DNA of 27,712 nucleotides from an archaeon (lineage in GTDB: Archaea > EX4484-52 > B79-G9). The notes below the pieces were generated by a model. The model was not told the origin of the DNA. It saw only the letters and a list, made by a program, of their open reading frames with translations, and searched no databases. A program made the translations under genes and the position numbers. Below, in pieces: positions 1 to 8,694 of this stretch. The DNA is taken from contig JBDRKP010000040.1 in NCBI GenBank assembly GCA_043813875.1, positions 1 to 27,712 of the forward strand. The letters are read 5' to 3'. Numbering within the stretch: the stretch's first letter is position 1; every line of letters begins with the position of its first letter.

Positions 1-446
1 CGGAGCGCGGGATTGGAGAAGAAGGGGGAGTTGTTTCCTGAGATGTTTGGGGTTATGATGTCGAACCATGCGGATGCTAAGATGGGTGAGAAGTTGTCTT
101 TTGAGAGGTTTGCCGTGTAGCGGCCGGGGATTGAGAAGTTAGGGGTGTGGATGTTTCTTCCTGCGGAGGACGTGGCTGCCTGTTCGCTTAGGATGAGTGA
201 CTGGTTGGTGTAGATGTTTATGGTGTAGGATGTCTCGTTTGGGCCTTGTACATATATGTTTACGGGTTCGCCTGCTGTGTTTGCCGTGTTTTCTGTGTAG
301 ATGCGGAAGATGTCGATTGACGATGCGTGCGTCACGAAGATGAACAGGAGCACGAAGACTATGAAGAACGTTCCGATGACAGCGCTACCCTGCGACTTCC
401 CACAAAAAGAGCTGCCGCAAGCGATTTTTGTATATCTCTTTCCCAT
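1..446 (-). CDS. Secreted/surface glycoprotein, N-terminal part (runs off window start; not in ORF track)
   Basis: Manual translation from ATG 446: MGKRYTKIACGSSFCGKSQGSAVIGTFFIVFVLLFIFVTHASSIDIFRIYTENTANTAGEPVNIYVQGPNETSYTINIYTNQS..., open to base 1. Basic N-terminus, KSQ + hydrophobic helix, many N-x-S/T sequons. Confidence 0.8.
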   Translation of the reverse strand, partial: MGKRYTKIACGSSFCGKSQGSAVIGTFFIVFVLLFIFVTHASSIDIFRIYTENTANTAGEPVNIYVQGPNETSYTINIYTNQSLILSEQAATSSAGRNIHTPNFSIPGRYTANLSKDNFSPILASAWFDIITPNISGNNSPFFSNPAL

Positions 447-491
447 CAGATAACCTATTCATGTTTTATGTCTTATCTTTGCTAAAGCCTG
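359..491. repeat. Diverged direct repeat, copy 1 (upstream region + signal-peptide coding part); copy 2 at about 2465-2598
   Basis: ctatgaagaacgttccgatgacagcgctaccctgcga...tcccat...attcatgttttatgtcttatct matches ctatgaagaacgttccgctgaccgcgctcccctgcga...ccccat...attcaaggtttatgtcctatct. Confidence 0.85.
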
Positions 492-510
492 CCAAATTAT
501 TTTAAAAATC

Positions 511-543
511 TAATTGGCTCATAATTGGCTCATAATTGGCTCA
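511..543. repeat. Tandem 11-bp repeat TAATTGGCTCA x3 spanning the stop of the AlbA_2 gene
   Basis: Exact copies at 511-521, 522-532, 533-543. Confidence 0.95.
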
Positions 544-1927
544 CCACATAATACGTACCTCTTCCTTTTTTGCCTATTTTAGTTAACAGACCTTTTTCCG
601 TTAGTTCCTGCAAGTCACGGGTTGCTGTAGATTTTGTTGCATTGCACAAAGTTTGATGTGTCTTGTTGTCTATTTTGCCGTATTTTTCAACATATTCCAG
701 ACTCTTTTTTTGCCTCTCGTTTAAACCAAGCGCTTCAAGCTTGAACTTCTCTACATCCGGCTTGTACAGGGTAGCGATAACAGCACTTTTAATGTCCACA
801 AAACGCGGCATTTTCGGTTTTAGGGGATGATTTTTAACTTCCTCTAACAATCTGTCGATGCCATTGCCATATTCCTCAATATACTCAACATCGTGAAAAA
901 CTCTTGCAATAACCGGATTTCTCGAGAACTGGGCGCTAACAATATTTTCCGGGGTAACACCATCAGGGAATGAGCCGGGAGAAAAAAATTCAATCCTGTC
1001 TTTAAACATCGAGATTAATATTCTTGAGCCATATAATGAATAATCCCTATGGGCTACAGCGTTTACGATCAGCTCCCTGACAGCAAAGTAAGGATAAACA
1101 GGCATGTCTTCTCTTTTCAAGCCAAGCTTTGGTATTTTGGAGACAACCTGCAGATGCTCCCGGATATATGCATCTGCGCCATCTACCTGCTCGAATAAAT
1201 TTCCATAGAGATCTTTTGAGTCTATGTGCCTGTCAGTAACTTTCGTATCCGGGTATCTTACGATGGTTATATAACTTTTTATCAGGAATTTCTGCGGGTC
1301 TTTCCCAAACAATAATATCCCTGCAAGAGTTGGTTTTAGGTTTTTGTCAACACAATGCAGGGTTTTCAGCAGTTCTTCGTTCGATGCATAAATTCTTTTT
1401 TTGTTAAGAAACTCGTATTTTTTTCTATATTCATCAAGTGCTTTCTCTGAAATATCGCCATAATATGCTTCTTCAATTGGCCGGATATCATAATCGTCTT
1501 TTTTTCGTTTCAGCAGAAGCTCTTTATATTCTGCTTTATCCATTAGCTTTGTTGTATTGCCGACTCTTGTAAATGGCCTGTGGAAAGCAGTATGCGGTCT
1601 TTTATTGCTTTTTTTTACATCAATCCTGATTATGTTCTTATCTTCTGCTTTCTCTACAGTAATTGTGGGATACAAAGGAAAATCCGTATTGTCTGTTATT
1701 TTGTTTGTGATTTTTTCAATAGTATCTTTTCCGGTCTGGATGCCAAGGATTCTTTCTGCTGCTTTTGTGCCCATTTTATCGCTGACGCCAATCAAGAGAG
1801 TTCCTCCTCTCTTATTGGCAAATGAACAGGCAACCTCAACGATCCTGTTTAAATCTGATAAAGACGGCTTAAATTCCAGTGTTTCTGATTCCCCCCACAT
1901 TATCAGTTCCAATAATTTTTCGTTCAT
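530..1927 (-). CDS. Schlafen/AlbA_2 domain protein with HATPase_c_4 (RecG C-terminal-like) and C-terminal wHTH
   Basis: ESETLEFK, SFANKRGGTLLIGV, RELIVNAVAHRDY, SRNPVIA, ATRDLQEL...GKKGRGTYY. Confidence 0.9.
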   Translation of the reverse strand: MNEKLLELIMWGESETLEFKPSLSDLNRIVEVACSFANKRGGTLLIGVSDKMGTKAAERILGIQTGKDTIEKITNKITDNTDFPLYPTITVEKAEDKNIIRIDVKKSNKRPHTAFHRPFTRVGNTTKLMDKAEYKELLLKRKKDDYDIRPIEEAYYGDISEKALDEYRKKYEFLNKKRIYASNEELLKTLHCVDKNLKPTLAGILLFGKDPQKFLIKSYITIVRYPDTKVTDRHIDSKDLYGNLFEQVDGADAYIREHLQVVSKIPKLGLKREDMPVYPYFAVRELIVNAVAHRDYSLYGSRILISMFKDRIEFFSPGSFPDGVTPENIVSAQFSRNPVIARVFHDVEYIEEYGNGIDRLLEEVKNHPLKPKMPRFVDIKSAVIATLYKPDVEKFKLEALGLNERQKKSLEYVEKYGKIDNKTHQTLCNATKSTATRDLQELTEKGLLTKIGKKGRGTYYVVSQL

Positions 1928-2039
1928 GCATCATCACTTTTCTGTTAAATTTGCTACGCTGGTTGCGCCATCAGTTTTCGGTCTTTTCCATGTCTTTTCG
2001 GACAGTTTCTGCTAAGACATATTGGCGTTTGATTAAACA

Positions 2040-2336
2040 TCATCTTTCATCGGTTGGCGGCCATCTTTGGCCGTGTATTTCTGCTGTTGATATTTCCGGG
2101 AAGATGTGGTTGTCTGTGTGCGTCTTGATGTAGTTTGCCAGATCCTCAAGCGTCTTTTTTCCTGTCTTTATACCGATGACTTCTCCTGTGTCTTTTATAC
2201 CTACAAGTATTATGCCTTTTCTGCTGTTTGAGAATGCCGAGACTTCTTCTCCGATCTCATCTTTCAGGCTAAGGGACTCCTTGAATTCGACATTCTGTGT
2301 TTCTCCACGCCGGATTAAATTCAAAAGCTTATCCAT
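2040..2336 (-). pseudogene. Truncated second AlbA_2 domain paralog
   Basis: GETQNVEFKES, AFSNSRKGIILVGIKD; similarity ends after PEISTAEI and the remaining domains are absent. Confidence 0.75.
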
Positions 2337-2552
2337 TCACTGCACCTGTATTGTTTTTCCGGAATTTCTGCAAACAGCACATGCACTTCTTTTAGTTTTA
2401 GAGGATGCATCAAAATTATCGAGAAAAGCGCTATGGCTAAAACAGGCAAACAACACTGCAAAAGCTATGAAGAACGTTCCGCTGACCGCGCTCCCCTGCG
2501 ATTTCTTCTGTGAAGAGCAATCGTATGGGACTTTTTTATCTCTCTTCCCCAT
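2337..2552 (-). pseudogene. Truncated paralog of the surface protein at 1-446 (signal-peptide region only)
   Basis: MGKR...KSQGSAVSGTFFIAFAVLF parallels MGKR...KSQGSAVIGTFFIVFVLLF, then diverges and stops at 71 aa. Confidence 0.65.
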
Positions 2553-2560
2553 TAAATGAC

Positions 2561-2728
2561 CAATTCAAGGTTTATGTCCTATCTCCCTACAAACCCTGAA
2601 CTGAAGTTTAACCAGCCTCACTGTTGCGGCAGAAATCACCTATCTGCTAGTTGTTTTATCCTGCGCAACCTAATCATCTCATGCTAATATTCGAGACGAT
2701 TAGCTATAAGGCTGAAACTTATCTCCCT
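2561..2728 (-). ncRNA. Candidate structured 5' leader RNA
   Basis: 15-bp stem 2561-2575/2589-2603 with 3 G-U pairs on the minus strand, plus a multibranch domain closed by 2604-2618/2709-2720; TATA-like tttatata near 2800-2807. Confidence 0.5.
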
Positions 2729-3010
2729 TCAATACACTATATGAATCAACACAAAGGTTAATCCGAAACTCCAATCCAGTTACATATTGGAATGAAATCT
2801 TTATATATTCATATAGTGATGTATCACTATCCCGGATAGTCGTCTTAGAACAAGCTAAGTATTATACGCTGTATGCAGATATAAAGGTTGATGTTGATAT
2901 GTTTCAATCATATCATATTTTTATGTTGTTATGGCGATATAGTGGATGGTTATTATTTTAATTTGTCAATGTATAGTAAACGCCATAACATTTTCATGGC
3001 ACTTAAATGC

Positions 3011-3258
3011 CAAGCTTTCGAGAGATTCGCTCTCAAAATCATCTCATTCGCTTCGCTTATTCGAAGCTTTCGAAGACTGCGTCTTCAAAATAGACTCATG
3101 AGACTGCGTCTCAAGCTTTTCAACTTCGTTGAAAATAATGGCGTTTCCATACATGTAAAAATAGAGATGCTATTTTTACTGTCCAGCAAACCTTTGGTTT
3201 GCCCGGATCCTTAAAAATCTACGATTTTTAGGATCCAACAAATCACGGATTTGCCAGG
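3011..3258. repeat. Cluster of REP-like palindromes (AAGCTTT-hairpin-AAAAT unit x3 plus further hairpins)
   Basis: Units at 3012-3039, 3064-3091, 3113-3136; further hairpins 3155-3179 and 3205-3236. Confidence 0.8.
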
Positions 3259-3391
3259 ATAGATTGATGTCTCTCGGTTCATAGGTCATATTTGTCCAGC
3301 TGGTAACGACATCAACTATAGTGACGGCGTGAAATATATTTCTGATCATTTTTGATAAAGATATATATATTGCATCTGCCAATTTGTCTCT

Positions 3392-3646
3392 ATGGTGAGG
3401 AAAGGCATCAGCGTGGGGATTGTAGTTGTTGTCGCAATCGTCGTCATGCTGGTGATTGCGCTTTCTGTCGTATCTGTCGTGAACAAATCGATGAGCGGCT
3501 TTTCTGGCAATTCCAAGGCGACAATCGATACGTCTGCCCTTAGCATACGCTGCCAGGCGGAGCTTGCCACGAGGTGCAGCAGCAATACTTCCAGGTGCAT
3601 ATGTCTTGCCTGCAAGAGCTGTCCGGAGGGCACTATGTGCCCTTAG
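3392..3646 (+). CDS. Small class III signal peptide (type IV pilin-like) protein with Cys-rich C-terminus
   Basis: MVRKG|ISVGIVVVVAIVVMLVIAL prepilin-type N-terminus; 7 Cys in the last 31 aa. Confidence 0.75.
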   Translation: MVRKGISVGIVVVVAIVVMLVIALSVVSVVNKSMSGFSGNSKATIDTSALSIRCQAELATRCSSNTSRCICLACKSCPEGTMCP

Positions 3647-3649
3647 ATT

Positions 3650-3909
3650 TGGCTATCTTGATGGTCTTTTCATGTCTTCCGGGGTGATGAGTATCGGGTT
3701 CTCTTTTTTTTGAAATCGCTTTCAGGTTCCCGGTGAAGCCGGATCTGTTATGATCGCAACGCGCTCTTTTCCTCTATGATGCCAGAATGAATCCTCTTTT
3801 TCTTTGAGGCTATCATATATACAATGTCTGTCAACCAGTCCTCTCACTTGCATTCGCAAAAGAGGATATGTTTTGATTCTTCATCAAGGGCTACAATGTC
3901 TATCTCGTA
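3650..3909 (-). pseudogene. Relic of an archaeal ATPase C-terminal DUF234 (PD-(D/E)xK-like) domain
   Basis: 3909-3844 reads YEIDIVALDEESKHILFCECK* (family ECKW, TGG>TGA); downstream frameshifted pieces YDSLKEK and SGFTGNLKAISK. Confidence 0.7.
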
Positions 3910-3962
3910 TGTATTGTAAGGCTTTTGTTCTGTTTTAATATTTTTGCTGTGAATATTATTGT

Positions 3963-4565
3963 ATGGATAGAAGACGCTTCTATGACTGCTTGAGCAAATA
4001 TTATGATATCGTCGGGCTGTTTGATAACTATTACAAGAGGATGGCTGTACGTGACCTCAAGATGCCGTATGGAGGGCGGTTCCTTGATGCGGGATGCGGG
4101 GGCGGGTTTCTTTTGGGTTATCTGAAGATGCATTGCCCTGATTGTGAGGTCTTTGGTGTTGATTTTTCTTTGAGTATGGTGAGACGGGCCAAAGGTATGA
4201 AACCGGGTCATGTGTCTGCCGGTGATTGTTTTTGTCTGCCTTTTCGTACGGGTTCGATTGATGTCCTGTTCTCGAGTTTTGTGGTTGATATTTTCTCAAT
4301 TGAAGAGCAGAAGAGGATAATCGGTGAGTTCGGGCGGGTGCTTGATGATGAGGGGGTGCTTGTCCTTGTGAATAATACGTGCGGCAGCGGTGTGTTTTAT
4401 CTGCTTTCGGGGTTCTATGTGATCTTGTCGCGCTGTTTTCCAAATCTGCTCCTGAACAGGCCGATTGATTCCTGTACTGTTGTCGGGAAGGCAGGGGGAT
4501 TCCGGCTAAAAGAGAGGCGCATTTTGGGGTTTACGGAGATCGCTGTCTTTCGGAAGGGAAGTTAA
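3963..4565 (+). CDS. Class I SAM-dependent methyltransferase
   Basis: FLDAGCGGG motif I, GVDFS, GD..CLPF...SIDV. Confidence 0.85.
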   Translation: MDRRRFYDCLSKYYDIVGLFDNYYKRMAVRDLKMPYGGRFLDAGCGGGFLLGYLKMHCPDCEVFGVDFSLSMVRRAKGMKPGHVSAGDCFCLPFRTGSIDVLFSSFVVDIFSIEEQKRIIGEFGRVLDDEGVLVLVNNTCGSGVFYLLSGFYVILSRCFPNLLLNRPIDSCTVVGKAGGFRLKERRILGFTEIAVFRKGS

Positions 4566-4592
4566 ATATATACCTTGTGACTTATATATGGT

Positions 4593-5333
4593 ATGGATGT
4601 CCTGAATGTGAGGTCGGAGTATCTGCGTGCGCTGCATTATTTTTATTTCTTCATCGCTGCAATTTCTTTCACATTCGCCTTGCTTTCTCTTAATCTGCTT
4701 GTGATTTTCGGGTTCCTTTTCGCTGCCGGTATTTTGAATCTTTTTATCGCGTGGGTGGCTTTCAGGAGCGTCGAGAGGTTCTATGTGTCGGATGAGGGGT
4801 CTCCTGTAGTGAATTATACGCTGCTGCTTTTCATCGCGATGTTTCTGGTGTTCGCGCCGCTATATGCGGGTTTTATCTCTTTTGATACTATGCAGCAGAT
4901 GGTGATTGTCGTGTCTTATTTCCTGTTTTTTTTTGCGTTCGGCAATTACATGTTCACCAGGATCGGCGTGGTGCGCGATATATTCAGGATCGTGCATCTT
5001 ACAAAATATCATTTCGGCGTGTCAAAGCTTGTCGAGATATTCGCTAACCCGCGCTATGAGTCGCTTGTGGATGTGCTGAACCTTATTGAGCCGCGGCTTG
5101 TCACGTTTTATGAACCGGGAAGCGATAAGGTCATTGACGGACTTATTCTGGATATAGCCAACGAGGGGAATGTCATGCGGCTGAGGAGGATGATAATAGC
5201 TCTTGGCATCGCTCTTTATGATTATGAGCTTGCAGAGCTTTCGCGCGAGCAGGATGATGGCAAAGCGGACAATTCTGTGCTCATCCGCCGGTTCGGCTAT
5301 AAGAAGAAGCTGCTTGAGATCATCAATGTCTAG
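4593..5333 (+). CDS. Hypothetical membrane protein (about 4 N-terminal TM helices + soluble C-terminus)
   Basis: 246-aa ORF with hydrophobic segments; TTAAATATA about 25 nt upstream. Confidence 0.7.
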   Translation: MDVLNVRSEYLRALHYFYFFIAAISFTFALLSLNLLVIFGFLFAAGILNLFIAWVAFRSVERFYVSDEGSPVVNYTLLLFIAMFLVFAPLYAGFISFDTMQQMVIVVSYFLFFFAFGNYMFTRIGVVRDIFRIVHLTKYHFGVSKLVEIFANPRYESLVDVLNLIEPRLVTFYEPGSDKVIDGLILDIANEGNVMRLRRMIIALGIALYDYELAELSREQDDGKADNSVLIRRFGYKKKLLEIINV

Positions 5334-5992
5334 TTCGTGTATTTCAAGGCCATGAAGTTCACCTTGTCGCCTGCTATCTCTGCCATGTCTGCTGTGCGGG
5401 TTATCTTGTCTGACAGGGATTTGAGTATGAGGATGTCTTTTATGTCCATGTCGCCTGAGAACAGCTTCGTGACTATCTTTATGTAGATCTTTCTTGCCTT
5501 GTTGCGTTCTTCTTCTGCGAGGCGGTCGTATTCCTTGACTTTCCTGAAGTCGCTGTAGAGCTCGACCACTGCGTGTCTCAATGAGACGACGCTTCGCTTT
5601 GTCGTCGATGAGAGTTCTACCAGGTCTCTTGCGATGTCTTTTGGGACTTTTATCTTTTTTATGAGCATTATCTGTGATGCGAGTTCGGCGTAGTCTGCGA
5701 TGTCGTCCAGGGATTCAAGGAGCTCTATCTTTTCCTGCTTGTTGAATGCCATACTGCGGTTTGAGTAGATGTCTTTTTCTATGTCGCGGCGGTAGTTGTC
5801 GATGTCGGTCTCGAGGTCATCGACTTTTCTTATGGTCTCTTTCAGGCTGTCTTCGTCGTGGCTGCTTGCGAAGTTCTTTACGGATATGTCCAAGTAGTTC
5901 ACTGATTCTATTATCATGTCCATGAGGTGGGTGAGCTGTTTTTGTATCTTGTCTTCGTTGCCTGCGAGGAAGGGGGGTATCCAGAATCTCAT
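5330..5992 (-). CDS. DUF47 / PhoU-like phosphate transport regulator
   Basis: LETDIDNYRRDI, LLESLDDIADYAE, ADMAEIAGD helical repeats; divergent from pit. Confidence 0.9.
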   Translation of the reverse strand: MRFWIPPFLAGNEDKIQKQLTHLMDMIIESVNYLDISVKNFASSHDEDSLKETIRKVDDLETDIDNYRRDIEKDIYSNRSMAFNKQEKIELLESLDDIADYAELASQIMLIKKIKVPKDIARDLVELSSTTKRSVVSLRHAVVELYSDFRKVKEYDRLAEEERNKARKIYIKIVTKLFSGDMDIKDILILKSLSDKITRTADMAEIAGDKVNFMALKYTN

Positions 5993-6021
5993 AATAATAT
6001 ATATGTCTCAATGCTTAATAT

Positions 6022-7008
6022 ATGTCTATGTTGCTGTTGCTGTTGGCTTTTGGTGTGCTATTTTTTGTGGCGTGGAATGTCGGTGCCAACAATACGGCGA
6101 ATATCATGGGCATACCGGTGGGGTCGGGTGTGCTTTCTTTAAGGGGCGCCGTCATGATCGTTCTTGTGCTTGAGATTTTGGGTGTTGTCTTCTATGGGGG
6201 GAATGTGGCCCGGACGGTCGGGACTGATATGATCGGGACCTATGGGATGAGACTGGTCGAGGCGATAGCGGTCATGGCTCTTGTCGGCGGGTTTGTCACA
6301 CTCGCATCTTTTTTTAGGGTGCCTATGTCCTCGACGCAGGTTCTTGTTGGGTGCGTGGTCGGGTATGCTTTGGCAACTTCGTCTATCCTTAACTGGGGGA
6401 CCGTCTTCGGGATTGCCCTGAGCTGGGTCATCTCGCCGTTTATCGGCATCCTGTTCGGGTTTGTCGGCTATTATGCTGTCCGGAGGTATTTTCTTTCGGA
6501 TGCCCTGAATATGGATGAGGTGAGGATGATTTTTGGGGTTTTTGTTGCGCTTGAGGTCGCGTCGGCTGCAATGCTCGCGTTCGCGCAGGGGGCGAACAGC
6601 ATCGCTGCGATTGTCGGCGTGTTCTCGGGGGTTGTCCCTCTGTTGTCTTCTGGCGCGCTTCTTGTGATGAAGGTGGTTGGCGGCGTAGGTGTGGGCGCGG
6701 GGATGGCTATGTGGGGGTATCGGGTCATCAGGACTATCTCTTCGAGGATTGTCGCCATGGATCCGGCGATGTGTTTCGTTTCACAGATATCGGCTGCGAT
6801 CATCGTGCTCCTGTTTACTTTTTTCGGTATGCCTGTGTCGAGCGTCCATGTGGTTGTCGGGACTGTCATCGGCGTGGGGCTGATTTCGGGGGCGAGGATG
6901 ATCCACTGGAATGTGATATATGAGATCGCGGGGTCGTGGGTTTTTGTCGTGCCTCTTTCGGCTTTTGTTTCGTTCGCGTTTATCAGGGCTTTGATTGTTT
7001 TTGTGTAA
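6022..7008 (+). CDS. pit: Inorganic phosphate transporter, PiT (PHO4) family
   Basis: GANNTAN and GANSIA signatures, PMSSTQ / PVSSVH motifs. Confidence 0.9.
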   Translation: MSMLLLLLAFGVLFFVAWNVGANNTANIMGIPVGSGVLSLRGAVMIVLVLEILGVVFYGGNVARTVGTDMIGTYGMRLVEAIAVMALVGGFVTLASFFRVPMSSTQVLVGCVVGYALATSSILNWGTVFGIALSWVISPFIGILFGFVGYYAVRRYFLSDALNMDEVRMIFGVFVALEVASAAMLAFAQGANSIAAIVGVFSGVVPLLSSGALLVMKVVGGVGVGAGMAMWGYRVIRTISSRIVAMDPAMCFVSQISAAIIVLLFTFFGMPVSSVHVVVGTVIGVGLISGARMIHWNVIYEIAGSWVFVVPLSAFVSFAFIRALIVFV

Positions 7009-7009
7009 G

Positions 7010-7137
7010 AACCTTCAGAAAGGTTGAGCATCAGAGCGACCTAAAGCGCGGCTTCAACCTTCTAAAAGGTTGATCATTAGGTGTGTTTCGCTTCGCTCAA
7101 GCACACTATTTTCATTCTGATTTCGCTTTAGGTCACT
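7010..7137. repeat. Nested palindromic intergenic element (MITE/REP-like)
   Basis: 13/14-bp inverted repeat 7035-7048/7124-7137 enclosing hairpins 7054-7073 and 7081-7106; related hairpin 7010-7025. Confidence 0.65.
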
Positions 7138-7393
7138 GGTTGTTTACGTTATTGATGGTTGTGCTTCTGGTGTGTTGCGGTTTTGCTTTAGCATACTGCT
7201 TATGTGAGCGTTTTTTTTGGGTTATGGGGGGTTTAACTCCGATTAAACGAACAAAAAGTCCGCTTTTTGCTCTTTTTTTGAGGGTCAAGCGCACTTTTTT
7301 GGCGCCTTTTCTCTGTCCGGTTTTCTTTTCATGCGCCCTTCATGTGTCAAACTATATTAGGATGTTTTGCGCAATATAATGCGGTGATATATT

Positions 7394-8485
7394 TTGACTG
7401 GTAGAACGGGGAGAAAGAAACTTAGCTATAAGATGCTTGTCGGGCAGCATATGGGTGTCCTTCGAAGCTTACAGTATGATTCCGGGCTTTTTGCTGCCTC
7501 ATCGAAGGATTCGAAGACCGGTTATGAGAAGTCGTGGCTTCGCGATAATTTCTATGAGTGCCTTGCTTTTGTGATGGTCGGCGATTACGAGACTGCAAGG
7601 AAGACTTATAAGGCGCTTATTGCTCTTTTCCTTAAGCACGAGTATAAGCTTGATCACGCAATCGCTATGAAGCCGGAGCATAAGTACCAGTATATACACG
7701 CCAGGTATCACCCGAATACGTTTGACGAGTTCTGGGATGACTGGGGGAACAAGCAGCATGATGCGGTCGGGGCGGTGCTGTTCGGTGTAGGCATGCTTGA
7801 GGGAGTCTATAAGGTGAAGGCTGTCGAGACTGATGATGAGAGGAGGATCGTCAGGAAGCTTGTCGAGTATCTGGGGTCTACCATGTACTGGTGCGATCCT
7901 GACAGCGGAATGTGGGAGGAGGATGAGGAGATACACGCTTCTTCTGTCGGTGCGTGCGTCGCAGGACTTATCGCTATCGGCAAGCATACGGATATACCTG
8001 TTCCCCGCGAGTATATTATCGCGGGCAAGAAGGCGCTTTCGGCACTCCTGCCGAGGGAGTCGAAGAGGAAGTTCGTCGATCTTGCGCTCCTTTCGCTTAT
8101 CTATCCGTATGATGTGGTGACTGCCAGGCAGCGCAATGAGATACTGACCAATGTGGAGTATCATCTTCTGAAGAAGAAGGGCATCATACGCTACAAGGGA
8201 GATCATTATTACAACAAGAATGAGGACGGGTATTCTGAGGAGGCTGAATGGACTTTCGGCTTCTCGTGGCTTGCAATCATCTATGAGAGGATGGGAAAGA
8301 AGAGGAAGGCGCGTGAGTATATCGATAAGGCGATCGGCACGATCAATGAGCGAGGGGAGATACCGGAACTGTATTTTTCGAATACAGAGAAATTTGTGAA
8401 TTCGCCGCTGGGGTGGGCGGAGAGTATGTTCATTATCGCGCTTTACGGGTTCAATGAGAAGCATTCAGGGAAGAAAGGGATTTAA
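7394..8485 (+). CDS. Glycoside hydrolase family 15-like (glucoamylase / phosphorylase kinase alpha-beta-like) protein
   Basis: WLRD, QHDAVG, DSGMWEE, ASSVGAC, RYKGDHY, IPELY, PLGWAES; TTG start with GGTGA Shine-Dalgarno. Confidence 0.85.
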   Translation: MTGRTGRKKLSYKMLVGQHMGVLRSLQYDSGLFAASSKDSKTGYEKSWLRDNFYECLAFVMVGDYETARKTYKALIALFLKHEYKLDHAIAMKPEHKYQYIHARYHPNTFDEFWDDWGNKQHDAVGAVLFGVGMLEGVYKVKAVETDDERRIVRKLVEYLGSTMYWCDPDSGMWEEDEEIHASSVGACVAGLIAIGKHTDIPVPREYIIAGKKALSALLPRESKRKFVDLALLSLIYPYDVVTARQRNEILTNVEYHLLKKKGIIRYKGDHYYNKNEDGYSEEAEWTFGFSWLAIIYERMGKKRKAREYIDKAIGTINERGEIPELYFSNTEKFVNSPLGWAESMFIIALYGFNEKHSGKKGI

Positions 8486-8694
8486 GTGTCTGTTTCCCGG
8501 GTGTTTTGACTTTTTTGGGCTTATGGTCTGGTTTTTTTTAGTTGTTGGTGTTTCTTTCTGGATGGTGAGCTAGATTATTTCATGTCTTGAGTATAGCAAT
8601 AACTACTTACTGAAAGCTATTTGGATGAAATAAAAATAAAAAAAAGAAATAGATGCTTTATCTGTTGTTGTCGGGTATTAATATGTTGAAAATA

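Noticed and set aside
2561..2728. Known riboswitch (fluoride, c-di-AMP, TPP) or tRNA
   Set aside because: No consensus motifs or cloverleaf recognised; kept only as an unknown structured leader
3011..3136. CRISPR array
   Set aside because: Units are not identical, the 'spacers' are themselves hairpins, and no cas genes are present
2888..3382. ORFs 2888-3214 and 3176-3382
   Set aside because: They run through palindromic repeats and show no recognisable motifs
3844..3846. TGA recoded as Trp (ECK-TGA)
   Set aside because: TGA is a normal stop in many genes here and the surrounding relic is also frameshifted
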